Source: the human T2T-CHM13v2.0 reference genome, Homo sapiens | DNA length: 64,000 bases | Reading direction: 5' to 3' (one strand) | Assembly: GCF_009914755.1 (NCBI RefSeq) | Contig: NC_060947.1 | Shown here: piece by piece, positions 26,990-41,595 of the stretch | Layout of the letters: each line of letters opens with the position of its first letter | Position numbering within the stretch: the first letter of the stretch is position 1 | The notes under the pieces: model-generated | The model's input: only the letters and a program-made list of their open reading frames with translations | Told to the model about the DNA's origin: nothing | Databases searched by the model: none | Translations under genes and position numbers: made by a program

Positions 26990-28000
26990 GGCAGGTATAG
27001 AGGGCTTCATGGAAGAAGTCATTGACCTTAAAGAATGACTGGTATTTCTACATGGAGAGAGGAAGAGAAAGACAAACCAGAGAGAAAGCACAATATGATC
27101 AAAGGCAAATTACTGGGTATCATAGGTTATTTTCAAAATGTCAGCATTCTAGTTTCATTAGAGCACAGCTTTAATGTGGAAGAATAATTACAGATGAAGT
27201 TTGGTATCATGTGATAGAAGATCTTATATGCCAGAGTCAGCAGTTACTACCTGATTGGGTGGCAATGGGGAAGTGTTAAAAGTTTTGAGTGGGGACTTGA
27301 TCAGAATTACCTTAAGGGAGCCTACTCTGACAGTATGTGCAGCATACAGTCAGATAAAGAGGAATAAGTGGTGAAAGACCAATTAGAAGACTATTTCAGT
27401 AGCTCAAGATGAAAGTAATGACAGAATTAACCAGAGTATTGGAAGTGGAAAAAGGAGAGGGGACAGATGCAAGAGATATTAAGGAAGTAGAATCAGAAGC
27501 ACTTGGAAGTTGATTGCATGCGAAGGGCCAAAGAGTGAAAGGAGTCTAGGGTGACTGAAGTGCTCAAATACGAGTGACTGGGAAAAAGGGTTCTACTACT
27601 AACAGAAAAGGAAAGTCAGGAAGTATAGTTTAAGAAGGATGTATGCAGAAAAGACAGGTGAGGTATCCAATAGGAGATATGAGGCCCACATTAGGAAACA
27701 TGGATCTGGAGTTCAGACTATAGTTGAATGTCACATACGTAAGAGGTGACTGCAAAGAAGTGATAGCAGAAGTCCCTGTATTGGGTAAAGTACATGGCAA
27801 AGTGTGACATACAATGAGAGGGGAAGGTAGCAATCTTTCAGATGTTGTATGAATGGAGATGAAAGTGGGAAAGATGAGCTCACCGAGCTCAATGAAAAGT
27901 ACTGTGAAAAAAAAAATATTAGAGCCTGAAATAGAAATTCCAGTTGTCACTAGACAGAGAAACAATGGTGAAGGCCCTTGTTTAAGTTCCTCCAGGGCTA
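26990..28000 (-). mobile_element. L2 LINE fragment
   Basis: AGGGCTTCATGGAAGAAG, GGCAATGGGGAAG...AAGTTTTGAG, AGGAAGTAGAATCAGAAGCACTTGG...TGATTG are typical reverse-L2 motifs. Confidence 0.7.
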
Positions 28001-29104
28001 GACAGAAGGAAATAAGATCTTCTCTGGAAGAGAAGTAAAAGGCAATGTTACAAATGCTATATAAAGCTATAAACACTACAGAAAACTGTAAACACAACAC
28101 ACACAATTGGACTTGGCAACCTAGAATAGCTTTGAAGTCATATCGAGATTTTTATTACAAACAGGTAGTTTCTATTAGGTATTATATATTAGGCTATGGA
28201 TTCCTGTAAAACTACAGCAGGTTAGTCTTAAACTGAACTTGAATAATCAATGGATCAAGGTTTCAACATATGTTCCTTTTACTTTAATTCAAAGCATCAT
28301 TAAAACAAATATCGGATGCATTTTTACTGTCCTTTGATCTATGTCTTCTGGGGATTTTAAATAACATTTCCTAGTCAGTCAAAGCTGTATTTAAATTGTA
28401 TATTAGAAGTCTGACTTAAATTCATAAAAACAAGGACATTCAGAGCTAGTGCTGAAAACATTGACCTTAACTTACCCCATCAAAACCATTGGAAAAAGTT
28501 TGTTTTTTCTTTTTGTGTGTACTTTCATATTTTTAGATAAAATGAAAATGTGAAAAATTAAAGTGTAAATTTGGCTATCTGATGAAGTGGCCAAAAAGAA
28601 AGGACAAATCGAAGAGAAAGAATAAACTACAAATCAAAAATAGGGGAATTACTGCATACTCTCCATATATTAACCTAAAGTTCTTCTTTGCGTCTTTAAA
28701 TTAGTCCCAAGAATAATTTTTCTTACTGGAGAAAATTAATTATATATTTAGCTCCTAGTCCTCTATTTGTGAATCAGGAAGCTAGACAACATTGTAAACC
28801 TGGCAATGATTGTTTCCATTATCTTCTGTTCCCTGATTGTGTCTTGTATCTTATTCTCTTGCTGCCACATCCTTCTCCTGAGACTGCATTATAAGTTTTC
28901 TGGTTTACTTTGTAACTAATCTTCTCAAAACTCGGCTGCTTGTTTTTCTCTTTTTGTCTTGATTTTTCTCCTTTAAGAATGGTTTTTCTTTTAACATAGA
29001 AACTAGCTAATCAGATAAAGCCCTTACGGGAGCTAATGCTATCATTGATTTCTACTTTGTTCTTGAGAGTGGCTAGAACTTTCGCTAAAGGTAACATGTC
29101 CATT

Positions 29105-29205
29105 TAGAGGGACTTTGGGCAACTCACTTTTCCGTATCTGGGCTTTAGTTTCTTCTTTTGTAAAATGAGGAAATTGGGACACTATCAGCTCAACATTCCT
29201 GTGGT
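29105..29205 (+). mobile_element. MIR/MIR3 core fragment
   Basis: GACTTTGGGCAACTCACTT...CTGGGCTTTAGTTTCTT...TGTAAAATGAGG. Confidence 0.6.
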
Positions 29206-31219
29206 TTTTAAACTTTTCCTATAAAAAGTTGACTTTAAAGATATTTCTCTTATAATCTGAGTCACAGATATCCTAAAGGTATAAATTGAAGACCAGGCAA
29301 GAAAACAGGATGAGAAGGCCCTGAAGGAAGAGGGTCTTTGCTACCCCTTATATCATACCCTGTACGTAGCTGCTAATTCTGCTTGTCTGTAAGACTGTAC
29401 CTGAAAGGAAACTATGCATTTACTTCTGTAGAAATTTGAAACAAAAGGTCAATATTCATTGAAAAACTTGGCTACATTTTGTTGACTAGAAACATTTTTC
29501 AAGTGAAAGACATTTGGGACTACATTGGCTCTTTAGCACGCATTTCTTTTTCTTCTTCCCCTTTTTCTCATCCTACCTTTATTGTCTTATCCTGATGAGT
29601 ACACCATGCCTGTAGGAAGTCAATTCAGGGGTGGATCATGAGCAAGTTGCACATTTACAGCTGGACAGCAAACAGAAGAATCATGCTATTGGTGGGTTTC
29701 TAAAACAGGCCAAATTGGGAATTCCAGGATCTGACAGTATTTTATTTAGTATTTCAGCATGCATCATTTTCAAGTCATAAACATTTTCTCTTTAATTCCA
29801 GTATACAGTGTGGCTGCTTTTCAGACTGAGTTCTTTCAAAACAGTGCAATTATGCCGGATACAGATTAACCTTTTTTAAAGCATACTCATTTAGCAGAGG
29901 TTTTTTATGTCTGCTTCTGATAAAGTTTTATAGTGATCTGCTTTGCATAGCTGTTATCCTTTTCTGAGTTGCTGCTAAGAACCATAACTTCTACAGAAAT
30001 TAGCTCTTGGTTCCTTCTACAGTAAATAAAGGTTCTTATCAGTTAAGTTTTGTTTTTTTTTTTTTAGCACTTTTTCGTTATTAATCATTCAGTCATTAAG
30101 ATCAGGTAAATAGAGTTGACTTGCTATTTATAAAAGGATAACTAACACTCTTATTTAGATTATAGATCAGATTGCTTAGCCTATTTGGGATCTATCTATA
30201 AATGCATTCTTAAGTGATTCTTTCTTTCTAGTAGAAAGAATCCTTTCTGATCTTTACCTAAAGAAATAACCAGAAATTTTTAAGGCCTATGGTGACAGTC
30301 AATGGGAACTTGTAACTATGTGAAAACCAACGCAGTACTAAAGCCTCCTTTAATGGTCATAGCCTTCTTGGGAACTCTGGTGTAACTTCATGAAGACTCA
30401 GGGGATTCTACCTTGCAAAATCCTAGGTGCTATAATCAGGTTAATTGTAAATCAATAGCATGGAAGTAGCAAATGCAGTGTCTCAGCTCAGCTCAAAGGT
30501 TCGAACTTTTACAAATTTTATATGAATATTGCATTAACAATGATTCTCATCGTTCCCTCTCAATGCAGTGCTCACCCATCACTCTCCATTTGTAAGAAGA
30601 CACAGTCATTATTATGAAAGATAAATGACTTTACTTAGTAGTCTTAACCCATACTTTGGAGCAGTTGATTCTCATAAGTTTTATCTGATAAACTCTTCCT
30701 CTTTTGGATGCTTCATGTGCTATGATAAGCATTCCACTTACTGAATATTTCATTGTCTCCATATGAATCAACTTACTCCCTCTGACTTTCAGTGCTGAGC
30801 GTATTTAGCAGAACTCTGTATGTCCTTGTAATATTAGTATGTTAGATAAGAAACAAGACTATACAAATATCTGAAAAAGCCAGTATAGATAAGGCACAGA
30901 TATCCTAATCAGAAAATAGAATATAAATCATTGTAAGGTAAAAGAAAATGTAGAATATCACCATACAATATTTTATTTAACCTTAGTTAAAGAAATAGAA
31001 GTACTATAGAAAAAAAAGTGCAGAAACTCAAAACGTGGTCGATACTTACTCCAAGGTATCTACTTCATTGGCTTATTCCTTAGTTTGGTGTCAAGCACAT
31101 CTAACCCAATTTTCTTCTGAATGTCCCTAATGTTAGTCCTGCCCAACAAATATTACCAATATAAAGTAAGTTTTAATCAGTCAATAAGAATAACATCAGT
31201 ACCAACAAATCAAAGAACA

Positions 31220-31875
31220 AAATATAGCAATGGGCAAATTACGAAAGAAAAATATGGAAAAAATGATGCAACCTCACTATTCAATCTGGCAAAAGAAGTA
31301 AAGCGTGGTAATCTTCGATGTTTAAGAAGTTGTGGAGCACTAGCAAGTCCCATACAATTAAAGTAGTGCGTTAATTAATAGAACTTGCCTTAATGGCAAT
31401 TTGGCAAAGTTTAATACTTTGAAGCAGTGATTTTCTAGAAATTTATCCTAAGAGAAAATCAGAAAGGAATTGCAAGATTAATCTATATAGATATTTGTCA
31501 TAAGTGTTCATTGTAATAGCTTCTTAAAATAGCAAGAATTTACAGGCCCAATTATGGGAGATTGATTAAATAAATAACAGTATATTTATATTATAAAATA
31601 ATGTGATACCAATAAATTTTTTTGAATTACATTTAAAGGAAATGATTGTGATATATTGTTAAGTAGAAAATCAGGTTATAAATACACTTTTACTGAAAAA
31701 ATTATAAAAAGATTATATATCTATATGTTTATATATCTAAAAAAGTATATATGCCAAAATAGTAACAATATTAACAAATATTATTAAAATAAAATATCAA
31801 CCATGATACAATTGGTTATCTTTGGGTGCTGGGATGGATGATTTTCATTTTCTTCTTTATATTTTTCTGTAATTG
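31220..31875 (+). mobile_element. Old L1ME 3' fragment
   Basis: GGCAATTTGGCA, TTCTAGAAATTTATCCTAAG, TGGTTATCTTTGGGTG...ATTTTCATTTTCTTCTTTATATTTTTCTGTA. Confidence 0.6.
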
Positions 31876-32059
31876 ACATCTACAAGTCTGTTTCATGCTA
31901 TTAATATAACCAATTTATTGGAGACTTAAGAGATTTTCTTTTAATTTAATTCATGTTATCTATTATGTATTGCTTTTAAGATATGTAGCCTTAAAAATTC
32001 ACACATTTGAATGCTTTAATTTTGTAATCTTCAAGTAAATTTGAGATTTTAAAATATTT

Positions 32060-32940
32060 TATTACCATAGAATATCTATTTTAAAAAACATTAAAATACA
32101 ACTAAATTTAAAGAATGAGAAAGGTCTGTAAATCTCACCACCCCATGTTTGATTGCACCTACTTTTCTTTTTAGGCGTATAGCCTCTGCTTATATTGGGT
32201 ATGTGCATGTGTGTGTGTGAGGCACATTTTCACTTTTAAAAACTCAAAGTCACACATCAAGATAATACAATCTTTTCATTTAATTATTTGTCACAAACAT
32301 TTTCTACATATTAAATCTTTCTTATCAGCATCATATTTAATAATCGCTTAATGTTTCTTTAGTACGGATGTATAGTATTTAGTGAATCTTATTGGATATT
32401 TAATCTGTTGCTATTTATTTAATGTTATAAATAACACTGCAAAATATTTTTGTAGTAACCCCTTGGTGCACATACATAATCTCCTTAGTATAAATCCATA
32501 TATTATTTAAAAGGTCATGCAAAATTCCATACCTTTGATGAATACTGACACATTCTCTTCCAAAAAAAAAGACTGCACTAACTTATGGTTTCACAAATTA
32601 CAGATGACAATCTTTATTTCCTTCACCTTTAGCAATAAAGAGTATTGTTATTTCTTAAAATGCTTTGCTAGTTTGATGAAAAAATACTGTGATTTAGTTT
32701 TATTAATGTAATTTCTTTGGCACAGCCCATCATTTTTTAAAAAATTTATTCGCCATTTAATTTTCTTTTTTCCTGTTTTGACTGTTCTTGTTCTTTGCCA
32801 ATTTTTGTGGAGAGGTCATCTGTACCTTATTTGATGTCTAAGAGCTCTTTTTACATTGAGGATAGAAATCTTACTCTAGGATATATTTATTCTACATGGA
32901 CTTTTTCTAGTTTGTCATTTGCTTTTCAGTTTTGTGATTG
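32060..32940 (-). mobile_element. Old L1ME fragment
   Basis: TTATTGGATATTTAA..TGTT...TTATAAATAACACTGCA, TCCTTAGTATAAAT, TAAGAGCTCTTT..ACATTGAGGATA. Confidence 0.55.
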
Positions 32941-34464
32941 CTATTACACTTAACTATTGGCATTTCATATCTGCAGATTTCTTCATCTATATGCTCTCTA
33001 ATTGTTTTTCAATGATTAGTCATGCATGAGCAGCAGAGAAGAGCTGTTATTTCACCTAACATATTCGATTCTTATCTGTAAATTCCTTACCATCCTTCAC
33101 GCATATGCTTTATTGTGGTATTATTTTTTAGACATTATCTCTAAACAAATAGAATGTCCAAAATCTATCTATAGCAGCATGATTTTCTGTTAGAAGGCAT
33201 TTTTAATTCTGTCAAGCAGTTCCATATAAAGTAAGGGATAAGCCAGACACATAGAGTGGAAATAAGAAAACTAGAGAGCTGATAAGTAGACTCATAATGC
33301 CCTTGCTGTGGTTTCCTGAAAACCTTATATCAAATTCATGGCAGGAGCTGAACCACATGCTGTGTCCCTTGTCAGACATTCTTTTCCAAAAAGGATATCT
33401 AATAACTTTATGAACGTGTGTGCAGAAGAATAATTGCAAGCCCTTTGGGGTTTTTCCACCAAGACTTTCGGTATCCAGTGTCTCACTTTCAGATTATAAA
33501 TCTGCCCCTGAAACTTGCACTTTGGAGGGTGCAACTGAACTAAGAAGCAATGAGAAGGATTAGTGGATTGCTTTCTCTCCCTGTGTAGTAATAAGATATA
33601 AGCTCTATCCACAGGCTTCTGAAGCCTAACTAGTTTACAACATGACAGAAATTATACTTTTAGGATTTACATGGGTGCATCCATTCACGGATCTTATGCA
33701 CAAACATTACCTAAATACTTATGATACAGCTCCTGCTGTCGTATGGCTTTAAAATGCCAAACTCTGTAAATAAAGTGTAAAACCACATATTTTTAAGGTG
33801 GAATTACCTAGTTCAGCTGTCATATGGGGAAACATGCTCAAAGATCTGAAGTGACTTGCCTGAGGTAATACTGAATTAGTGATTCTTTCACAATCACTAT
33901 TACTATCAGGCAGAGATGCTTAGAATGTAGAAAACAATAAACAGATGTGGACACCCTAAAGTAAGCCATAGTAGTATGATTTAAGGTAGGCCCTTGCCTT
34001 GATCTCCTCAGTGATACAATGTATAAAATTCTACAAGTATCCTCTAAAATGAGGAATAATTCAAGGTGTTATTTGGGATATCTGAGATTAAAGTCCTATG
34101 TAGAATGAGAATGATCCAGATAGAGGAGAAAAGAATCAAGGAAGAAACTTTATTGACTTGGCAATATTATGAGAGATCAGATTGAAATATACAGGATTTC
34201 ATACATAATACACCTCACAACAGTTTAAATGTTGAGGTGAAGTAAGACATCTGTTGGTACTTCTTGGAGGACTCAGTGGTAGAAAGAGCAACTTCGGATT
34301 CCAGTTCTTTTATTGTATTCTCACTACACTGTGTGACACATTTAATTATAAAACAGAAAGGGCCAGTACTAACAAAATATTAATTTGAAGCGCCATTTTA
34401 GTATTAATTCAGAGGAATTATTTATCTGTGAAGATCCACAAGCCTCTTTACAGTATCCTCTTTC

Positions 34465-34779
<315 letters not shown>

Positions 34780-34824
34780 TACAGTATCCTCTTTCTTAAA
34801 TCAGGTGTAGAATATTCAAAATGC

Positions 34825-34990
34825 AAGGACTTTTAGAGATAATTTAGTCTACCCTTTTCGTCTTACAAGAGAGAAAATAGAGGTCCAGAAAAAGGAGATG
34901 ACTTACACAAAGTCATTATGCGGCAGTTAGGCGGACTTGAACTCCAGACTTCTGGCTCTCAGGTCAGTGATTGTGTGCCTACCACTCTGC
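34825..34990 (-). mobile_element. MIR
   Basis: GAAAATAGAGGTCCAGA...GACTTACACAAAGTCA...GGACTTGAACTCCAGACTTCTG. Confidence 0.65.
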
Positions 34991-36204
34991 CTCTCACCAA
35001 GCTACTTATCAGCTCTAAATTGAGTACTATTTCAAACTGGATAGAGCCACCTCCTTATGTCAGGATCTTTAGAAAAGCCACATGCCCAATATTTCTTCCT
35101 TTCTTCTACTTTCTAACATTTTCTATCTTTCTTTCTCCCCACCCGTTCCCTCTCCGTCCCTTCCTTTCCTTTGTTTTCCTTCCAATAAAGAGTGATATCA
35201 TTGGGAAGTAAGAACATAACAATAACAAGACAGTATTTGTTGAGCCAACTTGGTGCTAGTCGTTCTTAAAGTTTGAGTTTTATTATTATAGTGGGAGCTC
35301 CATTTGGTGACTGCAGTGGGAATAAGACAACAGGTATTTTTCTGACATTAGGTGGAACTGTTTTGTAGGAATGATTTACAACAATACATTTTTAGGTTGG
35401 GGACCCCGTTACTTAAAGCATATCTGTATCACACGATAGTACACACACGTGAACACACACACAAATGTTTTTAGGAAGATGACGATATAAATTGACTGTG
35501 TAGGTAATAAATTAATATTTCTCCTTAAGTGAAATTGAATTTTCTAAAATTAGCACTTGCTTAAGCCTATTTACCTGTAGGAACCATTTTTCAGATGAGT
35601 GCATACTTGAATTGCAGAATTGTATGATCCTAAAATTACAGATTACGAAATAAGGTCCTGAGGGTATGTCATGGCATTTTCTTTCCACTGCGTGCTGGTG
35701 CGTACATTCTCTACTACCATATCTCTTTGTTTTCCTAAAGAATGGTCCCCTTCCCATTTTCAGTTGGATTGAGAACTAGAGGTACTGGCAAGCTAAACTC
35801 ACATGTTGTTTTCTCGTGTAGTACAAATAACAAAACAGAATATTTAAATAAACCTTTTCATCATTATTTTTGGAAACTCTGGAATCAAAAATATTGCTTC
35901 AAGCTTGTTTCATTCAAAATGTGTTAAATTCAAAGGGAAATGTGTGAGATAGCAAGATGGGGCTAAGACACGCTAAAGGAGTAGGCACTGGTTTTTCTTC
36001 AGTTCACAGAGAGTAATACCAGTTACCATAACTTGAATAAAAATAGCACTGTAATTAATAAAAAGAAACGTTTCTCTTGGAACCTAGAATCGACTATGGT
36101 TTCCATCTTATGAGTGTTTGCTTTGTCAGATTCTAAAACAAAATGTGTTACAAAAGCAGCAGTAAAGACAAATCAAGTGTCTACATTTAAGAGCTAAACA
36201 AAAA

Positions 36205-36440
36205 TTTCACATTTGTATAGTGCTTTACAGTTTTTAAAAGCAATTCCAAAATTATTCGTCATCTTATTGGAGCCTTATGATAACCATGTGAGACAGATAA
36301 CATGGGTCATTTTTTTTTTGTAGGCAGCGTAAGTATCTTTATTTTCCAGACAGTGTTACTGAGGTCCAGAGACACTGAAGCAATTCATAATAAGTGGCTA
36401 TAACAGAACTAGAATCTAAGTTCTTTCACCTGTGAATCAG
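36205..36440 (-). mobile_element. MIR
   Basis: CACATTTGTATAGTGCTTTACAGTTT...ACTGAGGTCCAGAGA...TAAGTGGC...ACTAGAATCTAAG. Confidence 0.6.
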
Positions 36441-36651
36441 TATATTTTCTAGTATGATTTGTATTTTTTGAATTAAGAACAAATCCTCATTCTCGATGCT
36501 TTCATGCTTCAGCTGCACAAATTACTAGAAATAATGACATTATTAGGAACGGCACACAAAATTCTGTTGTTCAAAATATTTAATGTATGTGTCCTGTTAA
36601 GTAGAAGCCACAACTTTTCATCAGAAAAAGTTCATCATAAAGCTATCATAT

Positions 36652-37070
36652 TGTATCAGTACATTATTGCACTGCTATATAGAAATACCTGAGACTGGGT
36701 TAACTATAAAGAAAAGAGGTTTAATTGGCTCATGGTTCTGCAGGCTATACAGGAAGCATGATGCTGGCATCTACTCAGCTTCTGGGGAAGCCTCGGGAAA
36801 CTTACAAACATGGTGTAAAATGAAGAGGGAGTGAGCACTTCACATGGCCGGAGCAGGAGGAAGAGAGCGAAGGGTGAGGTGCTACACATTTTTAAACAAC
36901 CAGACCTCATGATAACTCACTCACTATCATGAGAACAGCACCAAGGGGTTGATGCTGAACCAAATATGAGAAACCACCTCCATGATCCAATTGCTTCCCA
37001 CCAGGCACCACCTACAGCACTGGGGATTATAATTGAACATGAGATTTGGGTAGGGACACAGATCAAACCA
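36652..37070 (-). mobile_element. MSTA-like MaLR solo LTR
   Basis: TGTATCAGT...GAAATACCTGAGACTGGGT...GGCTCATGGTTCTGCAGGCT..ACAGGAAGCATG...CATGAGATTTGGGTAGGGACACAGAT. Confidence 0.9.
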
Positions 37071-37660
37071 TTATATTTCAATAGCTTTTTGGATACAAGT
37101 GGTTTTGGCTACATGGATTCATTCTATAGTGGTCAATTCTGAGATTTTAGTGCACTCATCACCAGAGCATTGTACACTGTACCCAATATGTAGTCTGTTA
37201 TCCCTCACCCCCGCCCAACCTCCCTGAGTCCCCAAAGTCCATTATATCACTCTGTATGTCTTTGCATCCTCACAGCTTAGCTCCCACTTATAAATGAGAA
37301 CATGCAATATTTGGTTTTCCATTACTGAGTTAACATCACTTAGAATCATGGCCTCCAACTCCATCCGATTTGCTGCAAAAGACATTATTTCATTCCTCTT
37401 TTTGGCTGAATACTATTCCATGGTGTATATATACCACATTTTCTTTATCTACTCATTGGCCAATGGGCACTTAAGTTGTTTCCATATATTTGCAAGTGTG
37501 AATTGTGCTGCTATAAACATGCATGTGCATGTGTCTTTTTCATATAATGTCTTCTTTTCCTTCGGGTAGATACCCAATAGTGGGACTGCTGGATTGAATA
37601 GTAGATTTATTTTTAGTTACTTAAGAAATCTCCATACTATATTCCATAGGGGTTTGTACA
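37071..37660 (-). mobile_element. L1PB 3' end fragment
   Basis: TTTCAATAGCTTTTTGGATACAAGTGGTTTTGG...TTCTGAGATTTTAGTGCAC...CCCCAAAGTCCATTATATCA is the L1PB 3'UTR. Confidence 0.88.
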
Positions 37661-37706
37661 TGTATTTTTTTGGGCCTCAGAATATAAAGTAAACTTGAAT
37701 GATTTC

Positions 37707-38082
37707 TGCCATGGTCTGAATGTTGGTGTCCCCCCAGTGTCATTTGTTATAATCTAACTCCCAAGGAGATAGTAGTAAGAGATGGGGCCTTTGGGAGATG
37801 ATTACATCATGAATGTGGAGCTCTCATGAATGGGCTTAGCATCCTTGTAAAAGGGCTTGGGGGAACCTGTTTGCCACCATCCTGCCCCCCAACCTTTTGC
37901 CATGTGAGGATATAGCAAGAAGACACAATCTTTGAAGCAGAGAACAAGCCTTCACCAGACACCAAATCTGCTGGTGCCTTGATCATGGACTTTCCAGCTT
38001 CTAGAACTGTGATTAGTATATTTTTGTTGTTTATAAACTACCTAGTCTAAGGTATTTCACTGTAGCAGCCCAGACTTAGACA
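37707..38082 (+). mobile_element. MLT1A/MSTD-like MaLR solo LTR
   Basis: TGCCATGGTCTGAATGTT...GGGGCCTTTGGGAG...CACCAGACACCAAATCTGCTGGTGCCTTGATC...GACTTAGACA. Confidence 0.88.
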
Positions 38083-38729
38083 ATTGCTGTAAGTTACCCC
38101 ATGTAACATACAACAAATACATGGATTTGGATAACTAGAGTGAAATTGAGTTTGAAAATGAGGAACTATGGAAGAGATAAAGTAAAATAGAGGGAGAGGG
38201 AGACGAAGAGGGAGAGGGAGGGAGTGTGTGTGTCTTAATAGCCTATGACATAGCAGAAATTGTCAGGGATGAATTAATAGTTCTGCCAAGAATAATAAGT
38301 AGAAAATAAAAGTTTGAAATTAAGAGTGCACAAGTCCAAGATCCTCCACCCTTCTTTTTGAATGCCCACTTGAGATTCAGGAACAGCTATCTAGAGATTC
38401 AACTGTTTATATGTTAACTGCCTAGTTGATTAAAAAGAGTAGGTGCTATTCTTGAGTTGTTAGGAGAATCACTGAAAATGAAACATTTCTGAGCTGGGTA
38501 ACAGGGAATGGAGCTATAATAGATCCATGGTGTGAAAGGGGAAGTGAAAACCACACTTTTCAGCTGTTATTGTTAGAAAGTATGTTCGGTCTTAGGAGCA
38601 AAGGCATTTGTAAATTTGATAAAGTTTGTAATATTTAAAAAGACCAAAAGGTTCACTTTGGGCTCACTCAGCCAGAACAACAGCAAGGAAAGGAAAAAGC
38701 TCAACTCTTAATTTGCTCCCATAGCATAA

Positions 38730-38910
38730 TGTATTTCCCCTATCACCTCTTAATGTTTTATTGTGGCATTCTGTTTATTTTTCTGCCATTCTTAATGGAC
38801 TAAAAAATCTGTGGGGGCTGAAACTTTCTGTATTGTTCTCTGCTTCATCCCTAATGCCTTGCATAGCATCTGGCAAATAAAAATATTTCAAATGTATTTG
38901 TTGATGGAAA
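38730..38910 (+). mobile_element. L2 3' end fragment
   Basis: GCCTTGCATAGCATCTGGCAAATAA...CAAATGTATTTGTTGA. Confidence 0.5.
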
Positions 38911-39273
38911 GAAGAGAGGAAGTAAACAAAGAAAGGTAAGAAGATGGGAAGGTAGGAGGAAGGGAAAAAGGGAGCAAGGGACAGACCTAGAGAAGAAAGG
39001 AATTAACCAGAGTTGATTTTATTATACTAAACTACATTTATGCAATACATCTGCTTAAATTTCTATTCCTGATTAGAATGTAGACCAAACAGCACTTAAA
39101 TATTATGCCATGTGCACTTTTATGTATGCATGTTATGCTTCCATAAAGGGTTAAAATGTGTCTTTGAAAAAATCCTACAGTGAACTCAAATTTTTACAGA
39201 CTCAGAGTTGACACTTTTTATGGAATGAATTTTCCCAGCTGTCACCTTAAACTTCAAGTTTTTGCCCTTAATA

Positions 39274-41595
39274 CAGGCATACCTCAGAAATACTGTGGTT
39301 TGGTTTCAGATTACTGCAATAAAGCCACTATCACAATAAAGCAAATTATCACAATAAGTGAGTCACTCCAATATTTGGTTTCCCAGTACATATAAAAGTT
39401 AGGTTTAAACTATACTGTAATCTATTAAGTAGGCCACAGCATTATTAAAAAAAATGTGAATATCTTAATTTTAAAATACTTTACTGCTAAAAAGTGCTAA
39501 GGATCATCTCAGCCTTCAGTGAATCACAATCTTTTTGTTGTTGGAAGGCCTTGCCTCGGTGTTGTTGGCTGCTGATTGATCAGGATGGTGGTTGCTGAAA
39601 GTTACAGCTGCTGTGACAATTTCTTAAAATAAGACTACAATGAATTTTGCTTCAACAATTAACTCTTCCTTTCTCAAAAGATTTCCCTGTAGCGTGCGAT
39701 GCTGTTTGATAGCATTTTATCCACAGTAGAACTTCTTTCAGACCTTTCAAACCCTGCCACTGCTTTTTCAACTAAGTTTATGTGATATTCTAAATTCTTT
39801 GTTGCCATTTCAAAAATGCTCATGGTATCTTGACCAGAAATAAATTCCACATTGAACAACCACTTTCTTTATTCATCCATAATAAACAAACATCTCCGTA
39901 TCCATTCAATTTTTATCATGAGATTGCAGGAGTTCAGTGACATCTTCAGGAGCCACTTTTTTTTTTTTTTTTTTTTTTTTGTAACAGGGTCTTGCTCTGT
40001 TGCTCTGGCTAGAGGGAAGTGGCATGATCACAGCCCACTGCAGCCTCAACCTCTCAGGCTTAAGCAATCCTCCCCCTCAGCCTCCTGGGTAGCTGGAACT
40101 ACAGGAGTGCACCACCACACCCAGTTAATTTTTTTTTTTTTTCTGTAGAGATGGATTTTTACTGTGTTTCCCAGGCTGGTCTCGAACTCCTGGTCTCAGG
40201 TAATTCTCCCACCTCAGCCTACCAAAGTAATGGGATTACAGGCGTAAGCCACTGCACCCAGCCTGGCTCCACTTCTAATTCTAGTTTCCTTGCAATTTGT
40301 ACCACATCTGCAGTGACTTTCTCCACTGAAGTCTTGAACCCCTCAAAGTCATCCATAAGGGTTAGAATCAACTTCTTCCAAACTCCTATAAATGTTGATA
40401 TTTTGACATCCTTCCATGAATCACCAATATTTTAAATGCCATCTGAAATGGTAAATACTTTCCAGAAACGTTTCAATTTGCTTCGCCCAGATTCATCAGA
40501 GGAATCACTATTGATGGCAGCATTAGCCTTACAAAATGTATTTCTTAAATAATAAGACTTGAAAGTCAAAATTACTCCTTGATTCTTGGGCTGCAGAATG
40601 GAAGTTGTGTTAGCAGGCATGAAAACAACATTAGTTTCCTTGTACATCTCCATCAGAGCTCTCGGTTCACTAGGTATATTGCCAAAAAGCAGTAATATTT
40701 TGGAAGAAGTCTTTTTTTCTGAACAGTAGGTCTCAAGAGTGGGCTTAAAATATTCAGTATTCGGTGCTACAAACAGATGGGCTGTTTTCAGGCTTTGTTG
40801 CTCCATTTTCAGAGCACAGGCAGAGTAGATTTAGCATAATTCTTAATGGTCCTGGGATTCAGAATGGTGGATGAGCATTGGGTTCAACTTAAAGTCACCA
40901 GGCACATTAGCCCCTAACAAGAGGGTCAGCCTGTCCTTTGAAGCTTTGAAGCCAGGCATTGGCCTTTTCCTTTCCAGCTATGAAAGTCATAGATGGGATC
41001 TTCTTTCAGTACAAGGCAGCTTCATCTACGTCTTCATCTGTTGTTTAGTGTAGCCACCATCAACAATTATCTTAGGTATATTTTCTGTATAATTTGTTGC
41101 AGCACTTACTGATTTTCCTCATGCTTTTATGTTGTGGAGATGGCTTCTTTCCTTAAACTTCATGAACCAACCTCTTCTAGCTTCCAACTTTTCTTCTGCA
41201 GCTTCCTTACCTCTCTCAGCCTTCATAGAACTGAACAGAGAGAGTTAGGGCCTTCCTCTGGATTAGGCTTTAGTTAAAGGAAATATCGTAGCTGGTTTTG
41301 TCTTCCATCTAGACCACTAAAACCTTCTTCATATCAGAAATAAGGCTGTTTTACTTTCTTATCATCTGTGTGTTCACTGGAATAGCACTTCCAATTTTCT
41401 TTAAGAACTTTTTCTTTGCATTCATAACTTTGCTAACCGGTGCAAGAGGCCTAGCTTTCAGCCTGTCACTGCTTCCAACATGCCTTCCTCACTATGCTTA
41501 ATCATTTTGAGCTTTCGATTTAAAGTGAGGGACATGTGACTCTTCTTTTCACCTGAAAAATTGTAGGTCATTTTCAGGTTATTAATTGGTCTAAT
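39274..41595 (-). mobile_element. Tigger1 (Tc1/mariner-pogo DNA transposon), 5' end missing, split by an AluJ
   Basis: TA plus TIR CAGGCATACCTC at 39272-39285. Decayed transposase ORFs at 40432-40806 ([14 protein letters not shown]...[15 protein letters not shown]) and 39674-39859 on the minus strand. Confidence 0.95.
39957..40263 (-). mobile_element. AluJ nested in Tigger1
   Basis: T24 tail, CAGGGTCTTGCTCTGTTGC...GATCACAGC.CACTGCAGCCTCAACC...GCTTAAGCAATCCTCCC; target GGAGCCACTT / GGCTCCACTT duplicated. Confidence 0.92.

Noticed and set aside
27630-28106. 158-aa hydrophobic ORF on the minus strand
   Set aside because: Overlaps L2-derived sequence, has no recognisable domain and uses a non-ATG start.
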